A stretch of 63,471 nucleotides of DNA, the filler included, from Phoronis australis (taxonomy: Eukaryota; Animalia; Phoronida), in the NCBI GenBank assembly GCA_002633005.1. It is 6 parts of 6 records of this genome, joined end to end, with 100 filler letters (N's around TTAATTAATTAA, not from the genome) between each part and the next. Parts side by side here need not be neighbours in the genome. Positions count along the whole stretch, not along the records: positions 9,186 to 16,158 come from NMRA01000307.1; positions 16,259 to 21,131 come from NMRA01002468.1; positions 21,232 to 51,278 come from NMRA01001249.1; 3 more parts are not named here. One strand, given 5' to 3'. Positions 11,391 to 22,789 of the stretch are shown one piece after another. The position numbers and the translations under genes were made by a program. A model generated the notes under the pieces. The model saw only the letters and a program-made list of their open reading frames with translations, ran no database searches and was not told where the DNA came from. Within the stretch, counting starts at the first letter, position 1, and every line of letters starts with the position of its first letter.

Positions 11391-14300
11391 CACTCCATCC
11401 GGATAGTCTTTCTGTACCAGCATATACCTGTATGAACGGCCGTACATTACAATATCCTTGAGCGCTTCTATTTCTTTGTAGATTGGGTTACCTACGATGA
11501 AAAAACGACAGTCATTGTTAGATGTCGAACGTCAACCGGAAGTGACGTCCGCCATGTTTAATATCAATTGTAGGTGTTGAAGACAGAAAATTACTGTTAC
11601 AGGTAATTGATGTATTCTAAAGCGCAACGTGGAAGTCGTCTTTCCCGATTAACCAGTCAACAATCGCGTTTCACGCTCATTGGGTGCAGATCCTTCCATG
11701 CAGAAAAGAATTGTTCTTTCAAATTAGTGTTCGTTCCGTTCAGGGCTTAGGAACAAGGCAGCGGCCATCTTCTTTTTGTTGACATCAAAATAAAAACGGT
11801 TAAATCCCCGTACAGCCTATATGTATAGTTGAGGGGAATAACAGAGAAGTTGACACAGAACGGCCGGAGGATCGAATCCGGCGATGCCTGTGGCTATCGA
11901 CGGAGTCACAATCGATGACAACAAGGGGACGTGACGGGCTGTGTTCACATTCACTTCGGAGCCTCGAATAAAAACGTCTACGTCCACGAATACGCTTCGT
12001 CAGACTTGAACTTTTTGGGAATCTCCCGTTACAAACATTGTCTTTTCGGCTCATAAATCGTGAGCCCAAAATGGTTTCTATGCAATTAGTCGACTTCAAC
12101 ATTTTATGGTCTTTTACTAACTGTCGTAAGTCGGAAGCAAACCATTTCAATTGGAATAGAGACACGATACAGATTTTGGAATTGCTAAAACCACAGGTTC
12201 TGAGTGAACACACTCAACTCGAATCTCTCCCCGAAGGGACACCTCCATGCTACATGTATATTTGTTGATCGTGACGGATGACCATTTGACCGTACCTTCG
12301 TAGTACATTGGCATGATGGGATATCTCGTCCGTAGTGGCCCTACTCCTGGAATGCTTGGGATGACAATCCGGGTACCGGCAGCTCTTACCGACCTCACGT
12401 TGCCCAGACGGTCGAGAACTCCCAAAGAGCCACGGGACGTGTCAGCGGCATCGGAGTTGATCTCCTTTCCAGTGTAAAATTCACTCGGAGTAATATAGTA
12501 CAGTTTACTTGAGGTTCCGTTGTAAGCTTTAGAAAGTGACATCCCGCCATTGCGGCTATTTCCGTCAACATCTTTTGTCACAGAAAGCACGCTTGCTTGA
12601 TCTCTAGCATCCCCCTATGCACAGGAAAAATATTCGTCAATTACCTTCATTCGCCAATTTGCGATGAAAGGAGACACAAAGTCGATAGCACCACCGAGGT
12701 ATTATTGCATAAGGAAACTGCAGATGCCAACTTCATGCAAAGTTAAATATTACACCGAAATCCAATCTCTGCTCATTTGATAAGCGGTATTAACATAAAG
12801 CACATGGCAAATGCGTTAGTCCGGACCCAAATTTCGGTTACACACTGTTATTGCAATTTTTGGAGTTTTTTTGATATGCGCACGCTACGTGGCAAGAAAT
12901 AAATAATTCCAAACAGTATGTGCTTCGAATTATGCATTTTTCTCAAATTCCTCATTTTATTGAATTTACGTACATTTATTACCTGGTAGTACAATTCTCC
13001 TAGCCAAAAACGGATACTATCTGTTCCATAGCTATATCACCTGTCGTACTTCAAATACATACTGTACTGTACCTTGTACTCGATATCATAGGGATTCCAT
13101 CGGTACAGGGGCGTCAGGTAAATTATCTCCAGTGGTATAGCGTACGTCCATCTCTGCGAGTACGTTTTACACACCTTCTGTCTTCGTTTTCCCGCCTTTA
13201 CGCGAACCCAACGGCAATCTTCGATTGATTTGCTGGCAACCTTGCAACCACAAACAAGACGTTACAGGAAGCGTAGGCCTATCATTTGGCGTCACTTGAG
13301 CCGCAAGAGTAATCAAAGTTACATTGACAAAACGATTTCACTTTAGCAAACGGTTTTGGAAAATATTTCACAGGTTCCAATGAATAAATATATGCGTGCA
13401 CATTTAATCAAGCTGGATCAATTTACTCAAAACCACGGCGAAATGGTGTGATCTCCTCAACCAACTACGTCATGGCACCGCCAGCAGCGTTTAGGTTGGT
13501 TACTGAATTCTTCAGAAAGTCCAGCTCCATCATTGCAGTTATTACCATCAATGAACACACAGCCACACTTCCCCCACCTTCGCTGTAAACCGCGACCGCC
13601 ACCACTGCTCCGCTGTTTCGTTCACCTCAACAAAACAACGAGCTCGTGGTATGACTATAGTCAGTTTATCATAACAGTAACTCATGATTACGCATACTGT
13701 ACTTACCTTGGGGTTGGTTGTCATAGCCATAAACAGCTGATCGTCGGCGTACCCTCTTCTTTGCATTGAGATACCCATTGCGTCTTTCTGTCCAAACTCA
13801 AACCAACGGTGATACCTCCCTTCAAATACATGTACATGTATATACCGCCATCATGGGCGACGCACCATAGAGGGCTGGAGGGCTATAGCCCCCACTTTCT
13901 TCAGTGCTACGCCGCACATGGTGTATAGGCGGTGCACCATAGGGGCTGAAGGGGCTTTAGCCCCCACTTTTTTCAGTGCTGCGCCACCCATGGTCATCTA
14001 AACGACTGTAGGGGGTGCATGTAGTTGAGAGACTGCACGAGTGACAATACAGTAACTTCAACAATATTTCTTTTTCCCATCGATTTAACTGAGACCTTGC
14101 TATAACATGATTTCTCTAGAAGCTGTGAATTAGTTGCAGAGAAACTTCAGAAGGACAAACACTTACCGCTATTGATGACTACTCCATCTTCGCCCAATTC
14201 TGTCGCTGGTGTGTCGAAGGCGTCGTCCACTATATCAGCTGGTCCGTTGTCTTTGCCGGGTATTTGAGCCATGAGGTCGTCTAGCAATGTCCTCCTTGAT

Positions 14301-14605
14301 GATATAAGCAAAAGAAAGTTTCAACTCGTGTTTAAAGATAAGTGAGCCAAAACTTTCAAGCTATTTTCGTGATTATCTTGGAATCTTCGTCAACTTAACA
14401 TTTTTCACAGTTATCTTTTTCAAAGTTTTGATTCCCGTGGCGGCCTTGTTACCGCAATTATTCATCCGCAGTTTGTTCGTATTGAGAATACCTTGTAAAT
14501 TGTTCTTTGTATGACCATCCAGTGGACGGATCGGGGTCCGGACTCAACTGAAATCTTGCCGACCTCGACAGGTGGAACTTGTCCATGGTTGTGTGGAACT
14601 TCATT
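11391..14605 (-). CDS. Uncharacterised protein, partial multi-exon gene. Exons 14492-14605, 14167-14294, 13707-13819, 13073-13240, 12296-12614, 11391-11491
   Basis: Six GT-AG exons splice in compatible phases into one open frame: ..SRSARFQL..TLLDDLMAQIPGKDN..GRYHRWF..KDAMG..RRGYAD..LFMAMTTNPKVA..QRWTYAIPLEIIYLTPLYRWNPYDIEYKG..AYNGT..YYITPSEFY..DAADTS..IPGVGPLRTRYPIMPMYYEGNPIYKEIEALKDIV. Confidence 0.85.
13852..13993. repeat. Two ~70-bp tandem copies of a GC-rich MITE-like unit (GGGGCT..AGCCCCC hairpin)
   Basis: GCACCATAG.GGGCTG.AGGG..CT.TAGCCCCCACTT..TTCAGTGCT.CGCC occurs twice. Confidence 0.6.
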
Positions 14606-14638
14606 CTGCAAGATGAATAGAAGCAGCATGGTAGAGGC

Positions 14639-15888
14639 TGTTTATGGTACTAGATCAGCTGTTCCTTTGCGCATGCGCAGTCGTCTTGTAATAGCCATCT
14701 TAGCTAATAAACGGTGATCTTACTCACTCTCTGAAAGTCCCTGTTATACCCAACAATCGGCCGTGCGAAACCGATTGTTACATGGTGGCAACGGTGGGAT
14801 TGGCCCAGGACCGGTTTGATGCAACCTGTTGGTGAGCTTTGAACTGAAACCTACCCAAACTAAGCGATTCTGATCTCATCTAGTTCGGGCTCCGTCACTG
14901 TGACTGTGCCTCGCATATTTTCCGATAGAGCTCGCTACCGGACACTATCGTTTACACAACGCTCTCGCATCTGACAATCATGTCGGACTCTGAAGAAAGC
15001 ACACACTCACACAAACGGGCAATACATATTAAGCCTCCCAGCCCTGTTAAGCTGGCCACTGACCCTCAGGGGCAGTGGAAACTGTGGAAGCAAATATATA
15101 CAAACTACTGCATAGTAACTGAACTTGACGACTCTCGTACGGAGGCGTACAAACGTGCATTTTTAATCTCAGTGATGGGCACAGAAGCACTCGAACTGTA
15201 CAACACGTGTGACCCTAAAGACACGGACACCGCCACTGACATTCTAAGAAAGCTTGATAACCGCATTCTCGGCAAGACCAATGAAACTTTTGAGCGGTAT
15301 TGTTTTAATGCAAGAAGTCAAAAATCGGGAGAGTCGGTAGATACTTACCTCTCTGAGCTAAAAAAAACTTGCAAAAACTTGCAACTTCTGTGAATGTCTA
15401 CAGGATACTCTACTTGCGCAAAACCCCAGAAAGCACCAATACTAACGATACGGACATTTCAACTAGAAAACCGATTACAAACGAAGCTGATTACTTAATA
15501 CGCAGTGAAACCAATCATGATACCAAGTTTGCCTCTCAGACCACCTCTACAACTGGAACGTACATAACACGCTCAGGACGTAGCGTAAAACCACCTAAGC
15601 GGTTTGATTGTTAAATAAGAACTAATTAGGACATGGACTGAACAATTATTGGTTTAACATGTAGCTTAAGTTTTACTCTAAAAACATTAGATCTAAGTAT
15701 ATCGCTTTAATTTTGTTTATATCAAGCTCTCAAAAGACGGGGGATGTTTATGGTACTAGATCAGCTGTTCCTTTGCGCATGCGCAGTCGTCTTGTAATAG
15801 CCATCTTAGCTAATAAACGGTGATCTTACTCACTCTCTGAAAGTCCCTGTTATACCCAACAATCGGCCGTGCGAAACCGATTGTTACA
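14639..15888 (+). mobile_element. Non-autonomous, internally deleted Ty3/Gypsy (Mag/K02A2.6-like) LTR retrotransposon
   Basis: Identical 144-bp TG..CA LTRs (14639-14782, 15745-15888); 5-bp TSD GAGGC (14634-14638, 15889-15893); PBS TGGTGGCAACGGTGGGATT (tRNA-Leu-like) at 14783; PPT AAAAGACGGGGGA at 15732-15744. Confidence 0.97.
14980..15614 (+). pseudogene. Gag N-terminal ORF joined, after a frameshift and deletion, to the extreme Pol C-terminal tail
   Basis: WKLWKQ..NETFERYCFNARSQKSGESVDTYLSELK(K)LAKTCNF is Mag-type Gag; LRKTPE..TRSGRSVKPPKRFDC is a typical post-integrase tail. No PR, RT, RH or IN motifs are present. Confidence 0.85.
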
Positions 15889-18800
15889 GAGGCTGCCGAC
15901 TACGTTTAACACGAACACCCAGTTTGATTTATACAGTCTAGCCTCATGAAAATTCTTTAAACTGTTTTTTACTCTCAGTGGTAGTTGCTTCTAGACTTGA
16001 AAATGATAACACCTTCGTTAATATTTTATATTATTATTGACGCAAGATTCCATCCTGGCCACGCGCAATGACCAACTGTCAACAAAGTTGGTGTTTCTTT
16101 AGTTTGGAATATGCGATGGTGGAAGCAAAAATGAGATTATTATTGCTCTCTCTCTCTCNNNNNNNNNNNNNNNNNNNNNNNNNNNNNNNNNNNNNNNNNN
16201 NNTTAATTAATTAANNNNNNNNNNNNNNNNNNNNNNNNNNNNNNNNNNNNNNNNNNNNCTCATGGCGTTTTTACTCACTTTTTTCTCCAAGTGACCATTT
16301 TCTGTTGGGTATGGAAAGCTTTCAGATGAACTTTGGTGTTGAGTAGCCTAGCTGTTTTATGATTTCCATTTTGTGAGCCAGGCAATGAGGAAATGCCCCT
16401 TTAAAGATGTATTAAAAATGGTTAGAACTCGTCGGTCATGTATGAATGTGTTTGTTGTGTGGATGTTTATTGTATTGGTGTGCATGTGCTAATGAATGCA
16501 CGCATGTGTCTGAATGCTGATCAGGGCTGTGATATCTATTAAGAATTACCCCCTAAGGGGTCGCTGTGCAAATTTTGTAACAATAAATTTATGATTCCTG
16601 CACCAGGTGTTGTATTTGTGGCAGAGTGTGGTATGCAAGAACAAGCCAGACTGTTTTTTTCATGGTCACCTCATTTTGAACCATCCAGAAAAGCCAACGG
16701 CGTTCTACAAAAGATTCTTTCTGACAGCTGAATCTGGGAATTGAATGAAGTGTAAATTTCACTCAAGGCCCATGAATGGGTCTAAGAAGTATCTGATTCA
16801 ATTTCTGTTGTTGCTTACACATTTCAAGTGAACCGAACTCCCCTTAATTGGGATAAGGAATGTTGGCTTTATGTGACACATCGTTTTCTCAGAACAAGTC
16901 CCTACACTAGGTCCATTTTCTTGCAAAACGTCCACTCGTAAATAATGCTAAAAGATTGGGACTTTTTCGCCACATATGTCCTCGGAAGTGCTTGGCTAAT
17001 TTGTAGTAAAAAATCGGTCCAATATTGGTGCTGACTACCAGAAGAAAAATCTAAAAGTGGTTTGTTCTACACTTCCAAACACAAGGTCCCAGGGTTCAAC
17101 TTTCCAAAATGATGTCTACATTTAGTGATACCCAAATTTGAACAAAGATCAATCAAACTTATGCCTATCTGTTCAAAGTTCATCGTGTGCTAACAGTTGT
17201 ACTATATATAAAATTCTAAAATGGCTGAGTGAATTCGTCTTGCTTAGTCTTGTTGAAATTTTTGATAAAACAATATTTTACCGTTCTGCCATTTTGCATT
17301 CTAATTTGATGAAGCTTCACTGTACTTCATTTCATGGGGCCCACAAAATGAGATGCTCTTTAAAAATTAACATGATTAAGAACGATTGTATTCTGGAGGA
17401 ATAAAGCAAATTTGGCTGTCCTGCAAAATACATCATGACTGAACGAGAAGCTGAATGGATCGGTTTCATTTTTTAATTCCATTTCATCAACAAAATTATG
17501 CCCATGGTATGTCACATCACTTAATAATATACGTATGTTTTTTCTCGTCTCAATTGACAAAAAGTCAACGAGCCTCTAGAGGACACTATTCAGAATTAGA
17601 CTGCTCTCAGTCAAAATGCGGCGACCCTATTTTGACAAAATCATCAACAAGTTTGACTTTTACAACCATATTAAAATACAAGACTGTCAAGCCATTAACA
17701 AATGTATTCACACTGTTCACTACCGCACCATGCACACTTCAAGCAATCAATGACCAAAGTACATCAGGACCTTATTGCACAGCAAAAAATGACAAGGAGC
17801 ACTGAGTCGACCTACGGGCCAATTACAGTTGTTCCATTATTCAAAGTTGCTACTATGAGGCAAGTATTTTCTCAAAAACAATGTTCATGATGACTGCTCA
17901 AAACAAACACCACCAATTCAAATCACAGATCCAATGTTGTAGGTTGATGAATAGCTTAAACAGTCACCATTATGGCAAACAGTGAGAAAAATGGTGAGAT
18001 GACACCAAACATAAATACCCCATTTATGATTAGAATTTAACAAATGATTGCTGGAGTAATTCACAAAATAGGGCATTACTTCATTAATAAGCATTCTGCA
18101 AAACTGCACACCATGACAAAGAAGCTGCAGAGGTATGATAAATGGCAAGCATGGCAGGTAAGACAGCAAAGACACCAAGCATTCAAATGCCTAGTGGACC
18201 TTGCTGACACCTCGCAAGGAGTAGACCGAGTACAACCAGCGTGAAAACTTGATCACATGGTCATACATAAATCGTTAACTAATTAGTATTCCTTGATAAT
18301 ACTCAGCTAACTCAGTACAATCTTACAACAAACCATTTTGGCTTGAACGGGGTAACTAGTCCCCAAAGTGGCTTAGAATTTTAGTAATTGGAAATCACCC
18401 GTATACTTCACACACAATAGGCCTTTTGAAATTGACATGTAAGTCCAGTGAAAGTAGTTCTTAGTGAACCCTGCTCTTAGTCATACAGTTTACCTGACGT
18501 GTAAGTAAAGGCAGCTTAACAAGGGACTCATAGTCCTGTCTGAGTTATAATATTAACTGTTTTATTATCCTCTACGGTTTGGAATAGCCGAGCCCAGAAT
18601 GTACTGTGACCCCTTGAACGTGCCTAACAAAGTCAATGGCTTATCAATTTGATCTCAAGTAAGTATGACAAATAAAAAAGTAAAAAAAAACACCAAAAAC
18701 CGATAATATGATTGTTAACACTCAGTTATATTTTTATAAAATTAAGACAATGCTGCATAAGTTCGTTCAAGCAATGGCAAAGTAACATTTAGAAAAAGTA

Positions 18801-19669
18801 ATGTTTTTCAAAAAACAAAATGAAAAAATATTTTCTACCATTTTAGCATAAATGCAGAATTTGTGAGGGTTATGAAACAGAGACAGACCTATAGTCATGT
18901 CACTCTTATTTAGACATAAAAGATCATGCCCTTTAAATTTCACAAAACAACCCTTTTAATAATAACAATTATAGAGTTGTAACAAATCAAATCTTCACAG
19001 AACACCAAAATGTGAATTTCACCTCACACATACATGTACATTACAGTTCAGTTTGAAATTACATACGCTCAATGTTGCAACAGAAAGAAGGAAACACACC
19101 TTTCTCTGAAGCCTGTCACTAGCGAAGTGCCCGACACATACAGTCGCGCCTGCATGCCCACGTAACAAAGGCGCACTGAGACGCAAAAAATACATTAGCA
19201 TAAGAATAAATGAACAATAACAACTAAATAAGCATAACAATAAACGTACAGTTACTAAAGTCTCCTCACAGGCTCTCGAGTAAATAAAGTAACAAATAAA
19301 TTTCTAGTCCATTGTGCCAATCAGAGTGAATTCTGCTCTCGATGACACAAAAATAAAGAATAATATTAAAAGTTTAATACGTTATTTGCTGGATAACTTT
19401 GGATTGTTGCATGGCGTGAACAGCATTGTTCAGTAATGGCCTTCTACAGCGTTACCCTGTAATGTCATTGTTATCCAGCATGAATTCAATTTAGCATACC
19501 ACTTGATCGTCTCACAAGATCCTTGGTCAATATTGACCAAGACAGTTGTAAGAGAATGAAATCATGTTTTGCTAGAGAAGTAATGGTTCTTACCTTGTTA
19601 CCATACAACACATCCTTGGCTGGGAAGTAACTATTGTAATGAAAACTGCATTTTTCATACCGTTTGAGA

Positions 19670-19895
19670 CAAAGTAGTCCCATGACAAAGTAGTCCTGTC
19701 ATGTCAAAGTGGTACTGAAACAAACTTGTCTAACAACAAACTAGTCGTATGACAAAACAGTTCTACAACAAAGTAGTCCCATGGCAAAATAATTTTATGA
19801 CAAATTTGTCCAATGATAAAATATTCCTACAATAAAGTAATTCCATGGCAAAAGTAGTCCTACAACAAAGTGGTCCCATTGTAAAGTAGTTCAGA
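19670..19895. repeat. Degenerate ~20-bp minisatellite (ACAAAGTAGTCC core)
   Basis: Motif recurs about ten times. Confidence 0.7.
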
Positions 19896-19975
19896 ATCTA
19901 TAACAGAGTAGTCCTCAGGACAACAGAGGCACCACCTCATACGACTGCATCTTGGATTTTTCAAACAGTTTTCAC

Positions 19976-20536
19976 TCAGTGGCGCGGTAGTCGAGTGCGC
20001 ACAGTTGACAACTTTTTCTTAGTGTACTCCACATTCTGTTCAACCTGAAGAATAAGTAGGTCAAAGGTCAACATTACGAAACAAGTTGCATCATCAGACT
20101 GCAAAACAAAGCTGTCGGTCGATCCTGTAAAAAAGAGCACAACATGCAATAGCTTCTTCAAATTTCCGTTCTAAGGCCACGACTGTACGTTTGACCGAGT
20201 CTAATCTGACTGAAATTTAGGGAATTTTACAGCAAAGCAATTCGGCTATTGTCTGAAAACTAATGTCTTACAAATAATCTTCAGTTTCTCTACGGAGTTT
20301 TGCCTCTTATATTCGGCTTGAAACAATGGAAGAACTTGGAAGAAATGTAGGTACTCATTTTTTCAACTCTTAATCCGTCTGCACGAAAGATGTTCATGTT
20401 CAAGGCATACATGTACATGTACCTGATTACGTATTAGATGAGTGTAGGCATCTTGCTCCCTGGAGGTCAACTGGCCTGCCACCGACGGCTGTTTGTAGTT
20501 ACGGTCAGGCACAGAGGGTCCTCCGGGGTGAATGGC
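19976..20536 (-). CDS. Last two coding exons of an unidentified gene (20423-20536, 19976-20044)
   Basis: Phase-0 GT-AG exons give AIHPGGPSVPDRNYKQPSVAGQLTSREQDAYTHLIRNQ|VEQNVEYTKKKLSTVRTRLPRH*, followed by AT-rich UTR-like sequence. Confidence 0.6.
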
Positions 20537-20682
20537 CTATGACAAAAAAATGCATTCACGTAGTACAGGAGACTCCGAAACACATTGGATGAAATGACCA
20601 AGAATTCCCTGCCGTGATGGCAAAAAGCAAGCCGAATTCACCAACAGGTTAAAGGAGTAGAATGAACACATTACAGCGTTTC

Positions 20683-21131
20683 CCCGTTGCTCCCAACTTG
20701 TTCGATTCTATAGCCCAACAACAAGTTGGGAAGTTTACCCCTGTAGCCAATATCTTACACGACTGATTAACTCCATTCTGGCAATTATGGTTGGAGTGCC
20801 AGCTCTCTTTTGTTTGATAACTGCTCTAATCTCCAATAAGATCATAGCTACCCTGACTGTGCTGTGCTGTTAAAAATGAAAGTTAGTGTATATCTGAACA
20901 TAAACCAATAGCATTTCTGAAATCTTCATCAAGTGGTGATCATGTTTAGTTTTTGAATCGCAAAAATCGCCCAACTGCAACCGAAGTTACGACAATATTT
21001 TCTTTCTGAATACAGCACAGGACAGCGACATCCCGTTGCTCCCAACTTGTTCCATTCTATAGCCCAAAAACAAGTTGGGAAGTTTACCCCCAAAGTAGCC
21101 AATATCTTACACGACTGATTAACTTCATTCT
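20683..21131. repeat. ~100-bp direct repeat (20683-20780 and 21032-21131) containing a CCCAACTTGTT..AACAAGTTGGG inverted repeat
   Basis: Direct reading. Confidence 0.75.
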
Positions 21132-21354
21132 NNNNNNNNNNNNNNNNNNNNNNNNNNNNNNNNNNNNNNNNNNNNTTAATTAATTAANNNNNNNNNNNNN
21201 NNNNNNNNNNNNNNNNNNNNNNNNNNNNNNNCCATGTGTATGTTATTAATACTTCTTTTTTTCACCATCGTCGTCATATTCGTCATCTTTGTCATCATCT
21301 TTATCGTGATCTTTTTGGTTAATTTCGCCAAGGTTCGCTCCTCGGAGCGCTTTC

Positions 21355-21830
21355 ATTATTATTATTATTATTATTATTTAAACTTCTTTAAAAGACTGGG
21401 TGACCACTTCAATGAATACACTGATTTTCAAATGGCCCAGTCGGTAATAATTTCATGAAGTAAAATACAGACAGCTATGTACAATTAGATTGAAAAGATA
21501 ATAAATACAATAAATTAGTATAAAATTAGTTAATAATTATGTACAATTTGATGAATAAATGAGATAAAACAGAGTAAAGTAGTGATGAGCTGAGGTGTAC
21601 AGCAACGAACCACGCACAAAGTCCCAATAATTCTGTTTGAAGATGTGGACATTGGGCGCGTTCGCGATGGAAATCCCCAGCCCGTTGTAAGCGACAGCAC
21701 CTCTGTAGGGAAATAGGCAAAAGTTCTTTTGCCACAGTTGTTTTTAGGTTTAACTAGTACCAGGCACCAAGAAACACTCGCTCTGACTAAGGAACAACTA
21801 GAGACGGTTTTTAGCTGCTTTAAGTAATAC
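21355..21830 (-). mobile_element. 5'-truncated CR1/L2-group LINE 3' end
   Basis: Degenerate ORF2 C-terminus (LVLVKPKNNCGKRTFAY / YRGAVAYNGL..NVHIFKQ), terminal GACTGGG..CCCAGTC stem-loop and (TAA)n tail. Confidence 0.7.
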
Positions 21831-22069
21831 GTTTTTGTTTTTTTTTTATGATGTGCTGTCAAATATGTCGACAAAGCATCATATATTATTACATTACAAT
21901 CACGTCCATTTTCAACTTTTACTGTTTAAAGCTGTATATAGTAGAACTCACAATACACATTTACCTCCGTCTAAATCAGTTTTAAGTAGGTGCATTCCTT
22001 CACTCGCGTACATATTATCGAAATACTGTATAAACTACGTAAAAATCATCCTCGAGTAAAAAGAATCAC

Positions 22070-22240
22070 CTTAGGACGTTTCCATTGTACACCAGCAAGC
22101 TTTCCAGCTGTGTAAAACAAGGAGGCGTCCACAGCAGGGAACTGATTATCAACAAACAGCTGGCCACTGGACTGCGCTGCCTTCTTCAGGCTGCTATAAC
22201 TCTGACCTTTGTAAGGTGTTGGTGAGTGGAACAGGCTCAT
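22070..22240 (-). CDS. CAPN5: Calpain-5/TRA-3-like protease, first coding exon
   Basis: MSLFHSPTPYKGQSYSSLKKAAQSSGQLFVDNQFPAVDASLFYTAGKLAGVQWKRPK|gt matches the calpain-5 N-terminal pattern (PY..Q.Y..L....LF.D..FPA...SL.Y....WKRPK). Confidence 0.85.
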
Positions 22241-22789
22241 GCTGACTTACTGAAACAGAAGATGTAAGATTGATAACAAACAGCAGTCATGCAAAAATGA
22301 TATTAACACAGCCAATAGATGGCACTCCTGTCACACAAAGAGGAATCATTGAGAAATATCAATTGCCAAAAGATGGCACTCCCGTCACACAAAGAGGCTC
22401 GCTGTTTCCCTGCATGTCCGACGGGAGAAGGGGACACGCAGGTACCACTTAATTCTCCTCGGGAAAATTTTTAAAGCACTGTGTTTCTGATTAGTTTCTG
22501 ATCAACAGGTAGTGCTTTATATGTAAACTAACTGGCATGGCTGATGGAAGAATTGTAAATGTGGTCTGTTGTGCAGACAAATCGGTGCTAAATTGTGATG
22601 TGTTCAAGAAAAGTGTATTGGAAAGTTGTGCTTGTGCTTTTTCAGAGTGCATTTTTGTACTGTCGCTACCTTTGTTTATGTTGCTGTCCTGTATTCACAC
22701 AGTATGAATAACAAACCACTTAAATTGGCCAGATCTGTGTGCATTGTATGGAGAGAGAAAAGTTGGTTCACAAAGACACTGACAAGGCT

